64,000 bases of DNA from Eledone cirrhosa (Eukaryota), in the NCBI GenBank assembly GCA_964016885.1, contig OZ024759.1, positions 28,396,001 through 28,460,000 of the forward strand, written 5' to 3'. How positions within the stretch are numbered: the first letter of the stretch is position 1; each line of letters begins with the position of its first letter. This document shows, piece by piece, positions 52,301-64,000 of this stretch. The translations under genes and the position numbers were made by a program. Under the pieces are notes generated by a model, which was not told where the DNA came from, did not search any database, and was given only the letters and a program-made list of their open reading frames with translations.

Positions 52301-55300
52301 AATTAAACCAGGAACAAACATTTACGAAACATATTTGGTATACTTTGGAATATTTACTATACAGGTGGCTGGTGGAATATTTTTCAAATGTTCTGGAGAC
52401 AAGCCTCTTAGCTATATATCATAGTTCTTCAATCCTTCATCTTCCACAGTTGGTGAAGTATTTCGATTTGATATGACGATCGCAGAGTTAGATTTAGGAC
52501 GTGGTGGCGTTCATGGCTTTCTTAGTGTTGTTACTAGAAAGGGTCGACTCTGTCTTTCACACTTCAGGTTTTTTCATGAATTAAATATCCATTTTCTTTC
52601 TGATCGGTCTAACAATGATTTGAACCTACAATGACTCCGTCTGTAATAATGTTCTCTTATTTGAAATATGCCATTCCTAACTCCCGTGTCTGTGTGTGTG
52701 AAAAATATTCCAACTTAGAGCGACGTGCCCGTAAATTGTTTAGCCTGATTCCTATATATAGATAATGTGTAATATTTGAACCTTCATGGAGGGTCTTTGC
52801 CGTAATTTCCCGTAACTCCGACTAGAAATCATTATGTAGTTTATTCGTCCGTTAAAAATAATGATTAAAACAATTCTATATCCACAGTTATATACACCTC
52901 TTCATCACATATATTATTTCCACCAATAACTACATTATATCCTTAAATATGACACCAAGACATATAATTTGTAAATAAAAGATAAAATATTAAAACCTCA
53001 ATTTTTAAATAATTTTACCCCACCTTTGTGTTCTCAGTGTTTAGATTAACCCATAATTTTATGATTTTGGAGCATATAACTTATAGTACCAGTCATATAC
53101 TGGGATCAATTTAACGGATTGGTTCCTCCTCGCAAATTACTTGACTTTTGCCTAAGTAAGACATACTCACAGAATGTATCGTTGTATATGTATGAATGTA
53201 TATATATATATATATTAGTATATTTTATGTTTACAATAAAAATAGACAAACAATTTAATGATAATATGAAATGAAAGTATTATTATTTATTAATAATATT
53301 TTTATTGTTTTCACTGCATTAACTTCTGAGTGTGACTTTGTTTTTCTTACTATTTTCTACTGTAAATGGCGGCTTAATTGGATTATTACTAAGGTTTACT
53401 GGATTGTGGTGTTTCTTTATTGTTTTATATTTCAATCAGTGGACATCAGGATAGCTTTCTATATACCTGGGATAAATGTAAAGAGTACTGACTTTCATCT
53501 GCAGTTCAATGGTGATGTCTTCTTATATTTTCATTTACTTCTGCAATATTGTAGTCTTTACATTATTTTAAATATTTCTATCATGTCACTCGTTTGATAT
53601 ATCTCCCCGAAAGATATAGTTATTCAGAGCTTTACATTGGAATACTGTACTACTATTTAAATATTAGTCCTTTAAATATATATTTCTATCATGTCCCCCC
53701 CCCCCCCCCCTCTTAGATTTATCTCCTCTAAATTTGCAATCCCTAAAGTTTAACATCTTTCTTCAGAAGACGATTTCTTAATAATTCTGGTGTTTTCTGT
53801 TTTGTTCTTTTCTGGATTCCTTCAATAGGTTCTCCGTATTTTCTGAAGTCGTCTGACCATGCCCCAAAACAATATTCTAGGTTGTATCACACATATCATT
53901 CAACTAGTGTTTTAGACCTCTCGACATTTAGCTAGGCAAAGGAATGTTTTATTATTCCTATCATCTGAATTCCTTTTTTTTTTCTTCAACATGTTTAGCC
54001 ATCTTTAAAATCATATTCATACATATTCACAATTCCTCGTGGAGGGGTATAAGAGACATGTATAAATATAGCTGCATATTACTACAAAATAACTTGAACC
54101 ATATCGCGAAACATTTGGTAAAGTATCTCTGTAATTATTCTCATTTCGATTTTCTGTAGAATGTATTGACGTTTAAGATAGAGACAATTGCCCTTCTTCT
54201 AATAATCTTTGTCCATTCCATGTTTAGTCTCACAAAATATTGTTAATGCAAGATTTTGCTCTAATGTAATAAATGTTACTTTTAAAAGACCGAAGTTCTC
54301 AATTTTCTTCTTTCTCTTGTATATTGATATCTAAAGGATAACAAATGTATGAATTATGTGATAGGGATGAAAAAAGCCACGACCTTCTTCTCTCGTTACA
54401 GAAGGCTAACTGACAACGTCTTTCGCAGGAGTGACTAGTACTACTGCCTTTTATATACCGTGACAACTGGAAAGACGTGACAAATAAGGATACACTCTGC
54501 TCTCCTTATCAACATTGTCCGTGTCTGAGAACCTTTCCTCCCTGGTTAAGGAGTGAGATAAAATATTAGGGATCAATCTCTAGCAATAATTTCATTAAAT
54601 CATATTTAACCAGAGACTGTTATGTCGTGGTTGTTGCTATATTTTATAGTCGTGGTTTCAATGTTTAACAGCGGTTGTAGAATTAGCTTTATCTAATTAT
54701 TATCAAACAAAACAGATTTATATATTGTCGCCGTTGTACGTTAAAATCACATATATATTTATATACACACCAAGGATGGAGGGACGACGGAATTGAAAAC
54801 CATTATTGCTGAGTACATCACGGCAAGATCTAATCTAATACACACACACACACTCTCCCGTATATATTTAATAATCAGCTATGACCATGAAAAAGGTCCC
54901 TGTAGATCATCTGGTTGTAGGATCTAATGAACCCGAAAGAAAGTGAAAATATATTTTATGAAAGCCCCAGAAGAATAAATGTAAACATTGACCCGATTCT
55001 AGTAGAAATAACAATGAGAAAGCCATGAACGCCAGCACATCTATTTTGCTTGGAAATTGAAAGTAGGTTTATAAATATTAATTTTTTTCTTATGTTCTTG
55101 TATCTGTTTCGTTGGCCTAATGGTAGGTGTTAGAGACTATGTAGACATTGATGTGGTGTTCAATCTCAGTCCGAATCTGTACTATATATTTTTAAATTTA
55201 AATTTTTCTCTAGCAAAGTAAAAAAATGAAATTATTATCTATAGACTTTGACTGAGATCGAAACCCAGAGCAGGTTCTCCACCGTCTCTAATACCTACCA

Positions 55301-58300
55301 TTAGGCCACGGAGACAGATATAAAAACAGTGTGAAAATTAATATTTATAAAGTTACTTTTCTATTTTTGTTTTATACTATAAAATATATAATACGACACA
55401 CTGCCAGTGATTGAACCCCGCACCTGGACCTCCAACGGCTCTTATACTTACCACTAGGCTAAAGGGACGGTTACGGAAACTTACTGAAAATTGATATTTA
55501 TAAACCTACTTTTTCATTACTAGAAAAAACCGGAAGTGGAGAAAATTGAAAAACATCTTCTTTTTCTTCCTCTGATTTTTTTTTATCCAAAATTTCGATT
55601 TAAGTCAGAGACGAGTTATCGTTCGTGGCAAAAATCAGAGGAAGAAAAAGAAAAAGTTTTTCAATTTTCTCCACTTCCGGTTTTTTCTAGTATAGGTAAG
55701 TAAATATTAATTTTCAATGCATTTTTCTAACCGTCCCTGTGGCCTAATGGTAAGTACTAGAGACGGTGGAGATCCTGATTTAGGGTTCGATTTCCGTTAG
55801 GTTTTATACTAATAACTGCGTATTTGTTGCTTTTATTAAGTAAGATTTGAACTAATAATGCTGTACTTTGTAGTAATGTCCCATATTATATTCAACATAT
55901 TTTAATTAAAATTTGTTTTTTTTTTATAAAAGAAAGAACAAAAAGCCTTATTGAAATTAAGAAATGAATTTTATTCAGTAAAGTTGTTTTTATTTTGTTT
56001 TCACTTCATTAACTGCTGAATACGTCTTTTGTTTTTGTTTTTGATTCTTTCTAACCATTGTTTACTGCAAATGGTGACTGCAACGAAGCTGGATTATTAC
56101 CAAGTTTCACTGGATGATTGTATTATTTTGTTGTCAGTGGACATCTGGACATCTATCTAAATACCTGGAATAAACACAAGGTGTGTGTTTTACGTAACAT
56201 TTCATTTTAATGTCTGATGTTCCTGTATATCACATTTAAAATGTAACCAATAAACAAGAGAGGGAGGCGACATCAAAATAAACCACACAGACGAGGTACG
56301 AATAATCTAAAATTAATTTTAACAAACTATAAACGATGTTTAAAGAGAGACAAACATTAAAAAAGGATTTCAAACAAACACGTAAACACAATTACAGCCA
56401 TAATCTAATATGTGAAGATCAACATTTTTCACGATCGAAATAAAACTAAATATGTAAAGTTTAGTGGCCCCTGATTTACTTGCTTTTAATTTCATTTTGA
56501 TAATATGTATTCTGTAGACATATATTTATGATTTTAATGATGAAATTTCCTCTTGTCTTTAAAAGATTATTACTTATAAAAATTATAATAGTCACCTCCT
56601 CATTCGAGGTAGCTTACCCACAGGGGTTCCTCAACTGGGCGATTTCAACTGTTGGGTGGGCGATGAGCAGCTGAACAGAAAATTGAGGGCCATTGGAAAC
56701 TTGGGTGGCCGATATAGAATTTTGAGATTTAAGAAGTATTGCTACCCGAAAACCTATTCAAGGAATATATGCAAAAAACCTGAATAAAAATCAGGAAGCT
56801 AATTGGTAAAATTAAACCAGGAACAAACATTTACGAAACATATTTGGTATACTTTGGAATATTTACTATACAGGTGGCTGGTGGAATATTTTTCAAATGT
56901 TCTGGAGACAAGCCTCTTAGCTATATATCATAGTTCTTCAATCCTTCATCTTCCACAGTTGGTGAAGTATTTCGATTTGATATGACGATCGCAGAGTTAG
57001 ATTTAGGACGTGGTGGCGTTCATGGCTTTCTTAGTGTTGTTACTAGAAAGGGTCGACTCTGTCTTTCACACTTCAGGTTTTTTCATGAATTAAATATCCA
57101 TTTTCTTTCTGATCGGTCTAACAATGATTTGAACCTACAATGACTCCGTCTGTAATAATGTTCTCTTATTTGAAATATGCCATACCTAACTCCCGTGTCT
57201 GTGTGTGTGAAAAATATTCCAACTTAGAGCGACGTGCCCGTAAATTGTTTAGCCTGATTCCTATATATAGATAATGTGTAATATTTGAACCTTCATGGAG
57301 GGTCTTTGCCGTAATTTCCCGTAACTCCGACTAGAAATCATTATGTAGTTTATTCGTCCGTTAAAAATAATGATTAAAACAATTCTATATCCACAGTTAT
57401 ATACACCTCTTCATCACATATATTATTTCCACCAATAACTACATTATATCCTTAAATATGACACCAAGACATATAATTTGTAAATAAAAGATAAAATATT
57501 AAAACCTCAATTTTTAAATAATTTTACCCCACCTTTGTGTTCTCAGTGTTTAGATTAACCCATAATTTTATGATTTTGGAGCATATAACTTATAGTACCA
57601 GTCATGTACTGGGATCAATTTAACGGATTGGTTCCTCCCCGCAAATTACTTGACTTTTGCCTAAGTAAGACATACTCACAGAATGTATCGTTGTATATGT
57701 ATGAATGTATATATATATATATATTAGTATATTTTATGTTTACAATAAAAATAGACAAACAATTTAATGATAATATGAAATGAAAGTATTATTATTTATT
57801 AATAATATTTTTATTGTTTTCACTGCATTAACTTCTGAGTGTGACTTTGTTTTTCTTACTATTTTCTACTGTAAATGGCGGCTTAATTGGATTATTACAA
57901 AGGTTTACTGGATTGTGGTGTTTCTTTATTGTTTTATATTTCAATCAGTGGACATCAGGATAGCTTTCTATATACCTGGGATAAATGTAAAGAGTACTGA
58001 CTTTCATCTGCAGTTCAATGGTGATGTCTTCTTATATTTTCATTTACTTCTGCAATATTGTAGTCTTTACATTATTTTAAATATTTCTATCATGTCACTC
58101 GTTTGATATATCTCCCCGAAAGATATAGTTATTCAGAGCTTTACATTGGAATACTGTACTACTATTTAAATATTAGTCCTTTAAATATATATTTCTATCA
58201 TGTCCCCCCCCCCCCCCCCCTCTTAGATTTATCTCCTCTAAATTTGCAATCCCTAAAGTTTAACATCTTTCTTCAGAAGACGATTTCTTAATAATTCTGG

Positions 58301-61300
58301 TGTTTTCTGTTTTGTTCTTTTCTGGATTCCTTCAATAGGTTCTCCGTATTTTCTGAAGTCGTCTGACCATGCCCCAAAACAATATTCTAGGTTGTATCAC
58401 ACATATCATTCAACTAGTGTTTTAGACCTCTCGACATTTAGCTAGGCAAAGGAATGTTTTATTATTCCTATCATCTGAATTCCTTTTTTTTTTCTTCAAC
58501 ATGTTTAGCCATCTTTAAAATCATATTCATACATATTCACAATTCCTCGTGGAGGGGTATAAGAGACATGTATAAATATAGCTGCATATTACTACAAAAT
58601 AACTTGAACCATATCGCGAAACATTTTGTAAAGTATCTCTGTAATTATTCTCATTTCGATTTTCTGTAGAATGTATTGACGTTTAAGATAGAGACAATTG
58701 CCCTTCTTCTAATAATCTCTTTGTCCATTCCATGTTTAGTCTCACAAAATATTGTTAATGCAAGATTTTGCTCTAATGTAATAAATGTTACTTTTAAAAG
58801 ACCGAAGTTCTCAATTTTCTTCTTTCTCTTGTATATTGATATCTAAAGGATGACAAATGTATGAATTATGTGATAGGGAGGAAAAAAGCCACGACCTTCT
58901 TCTCTCGTTACAGAAAGCTAACTGACAACGTCTTTCGCAGGAGTGACTAGTACTACTGCCTTTTATATACCGTGACAACTGGAAAGACGTGACAAATAAG
59001 GATACACTCTGCTCTCCTTATCAACATTGTCCGAGTCTGAGGACCTTTCCTCCCTGGTTAAGGAGTGAGATAAAATATTAGGGATCAATCTCTAGCAATA
59101 ATTTCATTAAATCATATTTAACCAGAGACTGTTATGTCGTGGTTGTTGCTATATTTTATAGTCGTGGTTTCAATGTTTAACAGCGGTTGTATAATTAGTT
59201 TTATCTAATTATTATCAAACAAAATAGATTTATATATTGTCGCCGTTGTACGTTAAAATCACATATATATTTATATACACACCAAGGATGGAGGGACGAC
59301 GGAATTGAAAACCATTATTGCTGAGTACATCACGGCAAGATCTAATCTAATACACACACACACACTCTCCCGTATACATTTAATAATCAGCTATGACCAT
59401 GAAAAAGGTCCCTGTAGATCATCTGGTTGTAGGATCTAATGAACCCGAAAGAAAGTGAAAATATATTTTATGAAAGCCCCAGAAGAATAAATGTAAACAT
59501 TGACCCGATTCTAGTAGAAATAACAATGAGAAAGCCATGAACGCCAGCACATCTATTTTGCTTGGAAATTGAAAGTAGGTTTATAAATATTAATTTTTTT
59601 CTTATGTTCTTGTATCTGTTTCGTTGGCCTAATGGTAGGTGTTAGAGACTATGTAGACATTGATGTGGTGTTCAATCTCAGTCCGAATCTGTACTATATA
59701 TTTTTAAATTTAAATTTTTCTCTAGCAAAGTAAAAAAATGAAATTATTATCTATAGACTTTGACTGAGATCGAAACCCAGAGCAGGTTCTCCACCGTCTC
59801 TAATACCTACCATTAGGCCACGGAGACAGATATAAAAACAGTGTGAAAATTAATATTTATAAAGTTACTTTTCTATTTTTGTTTTATACTATAAAATATA
59901 TAATACGACACACTGCCAGTGATTGAACCCCGCACCTGGACCTCCAACGGCTCTTATACTTACCACTAGGCTAAAGGGACGGTTACGGAAACTTACTGAA
60001 AATTGATATTTATAAACCTACTTTTTCATTACTAGAAAAAACCGGAAGTGGAGAAAATTGAAAAACATCTTCTTTTTCTTCCTCTGATTTTTTTTTATCC
60101 AAAATTTCGATTTAAGTCAGAGACGAGTTATCGTTCGTGGCAAAAATCAGAGGAAGAAAAAGAAAAAGTTTTTCAATTTTCTCCACTTCCGGTTTTTTCT
60201 AGTATAGGTAAGTAAATATTAATTTTCAATGCATTTTTCTAACCGTCCCTGTGGCCTAATGGTAAGTACTAGAGACGGTGGAGATCCTGATTTAGGGTTC
60301 GATTTCCGTTAGGTTTTATACTAATAACTGCGTATTTGTTGCTTTTATTAAGTAAGATTTGAACTAATAATGCTGTACTTTGTAGTAATGTCCCATATTA
60401 TATTCAACATATTTTAATTAAAATTTGTTTTTTTTTTATAAAAGAAAGAACAAAAAGCCTTATTGAAATTAAGAAATGAATTTTATTCAGTAAAGTTGTT
60501 TTTATTTTGTTTTCACTTCATTAACTGCTGAATACGTCTTTTGTTTTTGTTTTTGATTCTTTCTAACCATTGTTTACTGCAAATGGTGACTGCAACGAAG
60601 CTGGATTATTACCAAGTTTCACTGGATGATTGTATTATTTTGTTGTCAGTGGACATCTGGACATCTATCTAAATACCTGGAATAAACACAAGGTGTGTGT
60701 TTTACGTAACATTTCATTTTAATGTCTGATGTTCCTGTATATCACATTTAAAATGTAACCAATAAAAAAGAGAGGGAGGCGACATCAAAATAAACCACAC
60801 AGACGAGGTACGAATAATCTAAAATTAATTTTAACAAACTATAAACGATGTTTAAAGAGAGACAAACATTAAAAAAGGATTTCAAACAAACACGTAAACA
60901 CAATTACAGCCATAATCTAATATGTGAAGATCAACATTTTTCACGATCGAAATAAAACTAAATATGTAAAGTTTAGTGGCCCCTGATTTACTTGCTTTTA
61001 ATTTCATTTTGATAATATGTATTCTGTAGACATATATTTATGATTTTAATGATGAAATTTCCTCTTGTCTTTAAAAGATTATTACTTATAAAAATTATAA
61101 TAGTCACCTCCTCATTCGAGGTAGCTTACCCACAGGGGTTCCTCAACTGGGCGATTTCAACTGTTGGGTGGGCGATGAGCAGCTGAACAGAAAATTGAGG
61201 GCCATTGGAAACTTGGGTGGCCGATATAGAATTTTGAGATTTAAGAAGTATTGCTACCCGAAAACCTATTCAAGGAATATATGCAAAAAACCTGAATAAA

Positions 61301-64000
61301 AATCAGGAAGCTAATTGGTAAAATTAAACCAGGAACAAACATTTACGAAACATATTTGGTATACTTTGGAATATTTACTATACAGGTGGCTGGTGGAATA
61401 TTTTTCAAATGTTCTGGAGACAAGCCTCTTAGCTATATATCATAGTTCTTCAATCCTTCATCTTCCACAGTTGGTGAAGTATTTCGATTTGATATGACGA
61501 TCGCAGAGTTAGATTTAGGACGTGGTGGCGTTCATGGCTTTCTTAGTGTTGTTACTAGAAAGGGTCGACTCTGTCTTTCACACTTCAGGTTTTTTCATGA
61601 ATTAAATATCCATTTTCTTTCTGATCGGTCTAACAATGATTTGAACCTACAATGACTCCGTCTGTAATAATGTTCTCTTATTTGAAATATGCCATACCTA
61701 ACTCCCGTGTCTGTGTGTGTGAAAAATATTCCAACTTAGAGCGACGTGCCCGTAAATTGTTTAGCCTGATTCCTATATATAGATAATGTGTAATATTTGA
61801 ACCTTCATGGAGGGTCTTTGCCGTAATTTCCCGTAACTCCGACTAGAAATCATTATGTAGTTTATTCGTCCGTTAAAAATAATGATTAAAACAATTCTAT
61901 ATCCACAGTTATATACACCTCTTCATCACATATATTATTTCCACCAATAACTACATTATATCCTTAAATATGACACCAAGACATATAATTTGTAAATAAA
62001 AGATAAAATATTAAAACCTCAATTTTTAAATAATTTTACCCCACCTTTGTGTTCTCAGTGTTTAGATTAACCCATAATTTTATGATTTTGGAGCATATAA
62101 CTTATAGTACCAGTCATGTACTGGGATCAATTTAACGGATTGGTTCCTCCCCGCAAATTACTTGACTTTTGCCTAAGTAAGACATACTCACAGAATGTAT
62201 CGTTGTATATGTATGAATGTATATATATATATATATTAGTATATTTTATGTTTACAATAAAAATAGACAAACAATTTAATGATAATATGAAATGAAAGTA
62301 TTATTATTTATTAATAATATTTTTATTGTTTTCACTGCATTAACTTCTGAGTGTGACTTTGTTTTTCTTACTATTTTCTACTGTAAATGGCGGCTTAATT
62401 GGATTATTACAAAGGTTTACTGGATTGTGGTGTTTCTTTATTGTTTTATATTTCAATCAGTGGACATCAGGATAGCTTTCTATATACCTGGGATAAATGT
62501 AAAGAGTACTGACTTTCATCTGCAGTTCAATGGTGATGTCTTCTTATATTTTCATTTACTTCTGCAATATTGTAGTCTTTACATTATTTTAAATATTTCT
62601 ATCATGTCACTCGTTTGATATATCTCCCCGAAAGATATAGTTATTCAGAGCTTTACATTGGAATACTGTACTACTATTTAAATATTAGTCCTTTAAATAT
62701 ATATTTCTATCATGTCCCCCCCCCCCCCCCCTCTTAGATTTATCTCCTCTAAATTTGCAATCCCTAAAGTTTAACATCTTTCTTCAGAAGACGATTTCTT
62801 AATAATTCTGGTGTTTTCTGTTTTGTTCTTTTCTGGATTCCTTCAATAGGTTCTCCGTATTTTCTGAAGTCGTCTGACCATGCCCCAAAACAATATTCTA
62901 GGTTGTATCACACATATCATTCAACTAGTGTTTTAGACCTCTCGACATTTAGCTAGGCAAAGGAATGTTTTATTATTCCTATCATCTGAATTCCTTTTTT
63001 TTTTCTTCAACATGTTTAGCCATCTTTAAAATCATATTCATACATATTCACAATTCCTCGTGGAGGGGTATAAGAGACATGTATAAATATAGCTGCATAT
63101 TACTACAAAATAACTTGAACCATATCGCGAAACATTTTGTAAAGTATCTCTGTAATTATTCTCATTTCGATTTTCTGTAGAATGTATTGACGTTTAAGAT
63201 AGAGACAATTGCCCTTCTTCTAATAATCTCTTTGTCCATTCCATGTTTAGTCTCACAAAATATTGTTAATGCAAGATTTTGCTCTAATGTAATAAATGTT
63301 ACTTTTAAAAGACCGAAGTTCTCAATTTTCTTCTTTCTCTTGTATATTGATATCTAAAGGATGACAAATGTATGAATTATGTGATAGGGAGGAAAAAAGC
63401 CACGACCTTCTTCTCTCGTTACAGAAGGCTAACTGACAACGTCTTTCGCAGGAGTGACTAGTACTACTGCCTTTTATATACCGTGACAACTGGAAAGACG
63501 TGACAAATAAGGATACACTCTGCTCTCCTTATCAACATTGTCCGAGTCTGAGGACCTTTCCTCCCTGGTTAAGGAGTGAGATAAAATATTAGGGATCAAT
63601 CTCTAGCAATAATTTCATTAAATCATATTTAACCAGAGACTGTTATGTCGTGGTTGTTGCTATATTTTATAGTCGTGGTTTCAATGTTTAACAGCGGTTG
63701 TATAATTAGTTTTATCTAATTATTATCAAACAAAATAGATTTATATATTGTCGCCGTTGTACGTTAAAATCACATATATATTTATATACACACCAAGGAT
63801 GGAGGGACGACGGAATTGAAAACCATTATTGCTGAGTACATCACGGCAAGATCTAATCTAATACACACACACACACTCTCCCGTATACATTTAATAATCA
63901 GCTATGACCATGAAAAAGGTCCCTGTAGATCATCTGGTTGTAGGATCTAATGAACCCGAAAGAAAGTGAAAATATATTTTATGAAAGCCCCAGAAGAATA

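Larger units (their letters stand above)
3077..64000. repeat. head-to-tail tandem array (macrosatellite) of a ~4.5-kb composite unit; 13 full copies plus a partial 14th, open at the window end
   Basis: The anchor AATTGTTTAGCCTGATTCC recurs at 3077, 7649, 12165, 16683, 21201, 25721, 30239, 34726, 39234, 43744, 48234, 52734, 57243 and 61755 (unit lengths 4487-4572). The ORF track repeats with the same period. All unit sub-features below recur in each copy. Confidence 0.99.

Noticed and set aside
3077-64000. rDNA/5S, histone or snRNA gene array, or an autonomous Helitron/Polinton tandem
   Set aside because: No such RNA motifs or long ORFs are visible on either strand.

Overview
AT-rich, microsatellite-rich eukaryotic DNA. 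The tRNA-derived SINE at 1916-2100 resembles, from memory, the abundant Octopus SINE, so an octopod cephalopod is my inference. Bases 1-3.0 kb are a flank of simple repeats, a dead RTE LINE 3' end, a SINE with an 18-bp TSD, and a Penelope-type minimal hammerhead ribozyme motif fused to a 103-bp near-perfect palindrome. From about 3077 to the window end there is a head-to-tail array of a ~4.5-kb unit: 13 full copies plus a partial 14th, visually near-identical, in two subfamilies that switch at about 31-35 kb. No intact long ORF exists, and the ORF-track calls look spurious. Each unit contains: (i) four diverged tRNA-like modules (upstream TATA-like motif, A box, B box, T-run) arranged as two inverted pairs, the second pair around a 63-bp-arm hairpin; (ii) two paralogous minus-strand, 3'-terminal-exon-like blocks (acceptor, YIESYPDVH* or YLDRCPDVH*, UTR, AATAAA); (iii) a TATA box whose Inr spacing is intact only in copy 1; (iv) CR1 and SINE fossils and a possible hAT fossil. 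The function of all unit elements is unproven.
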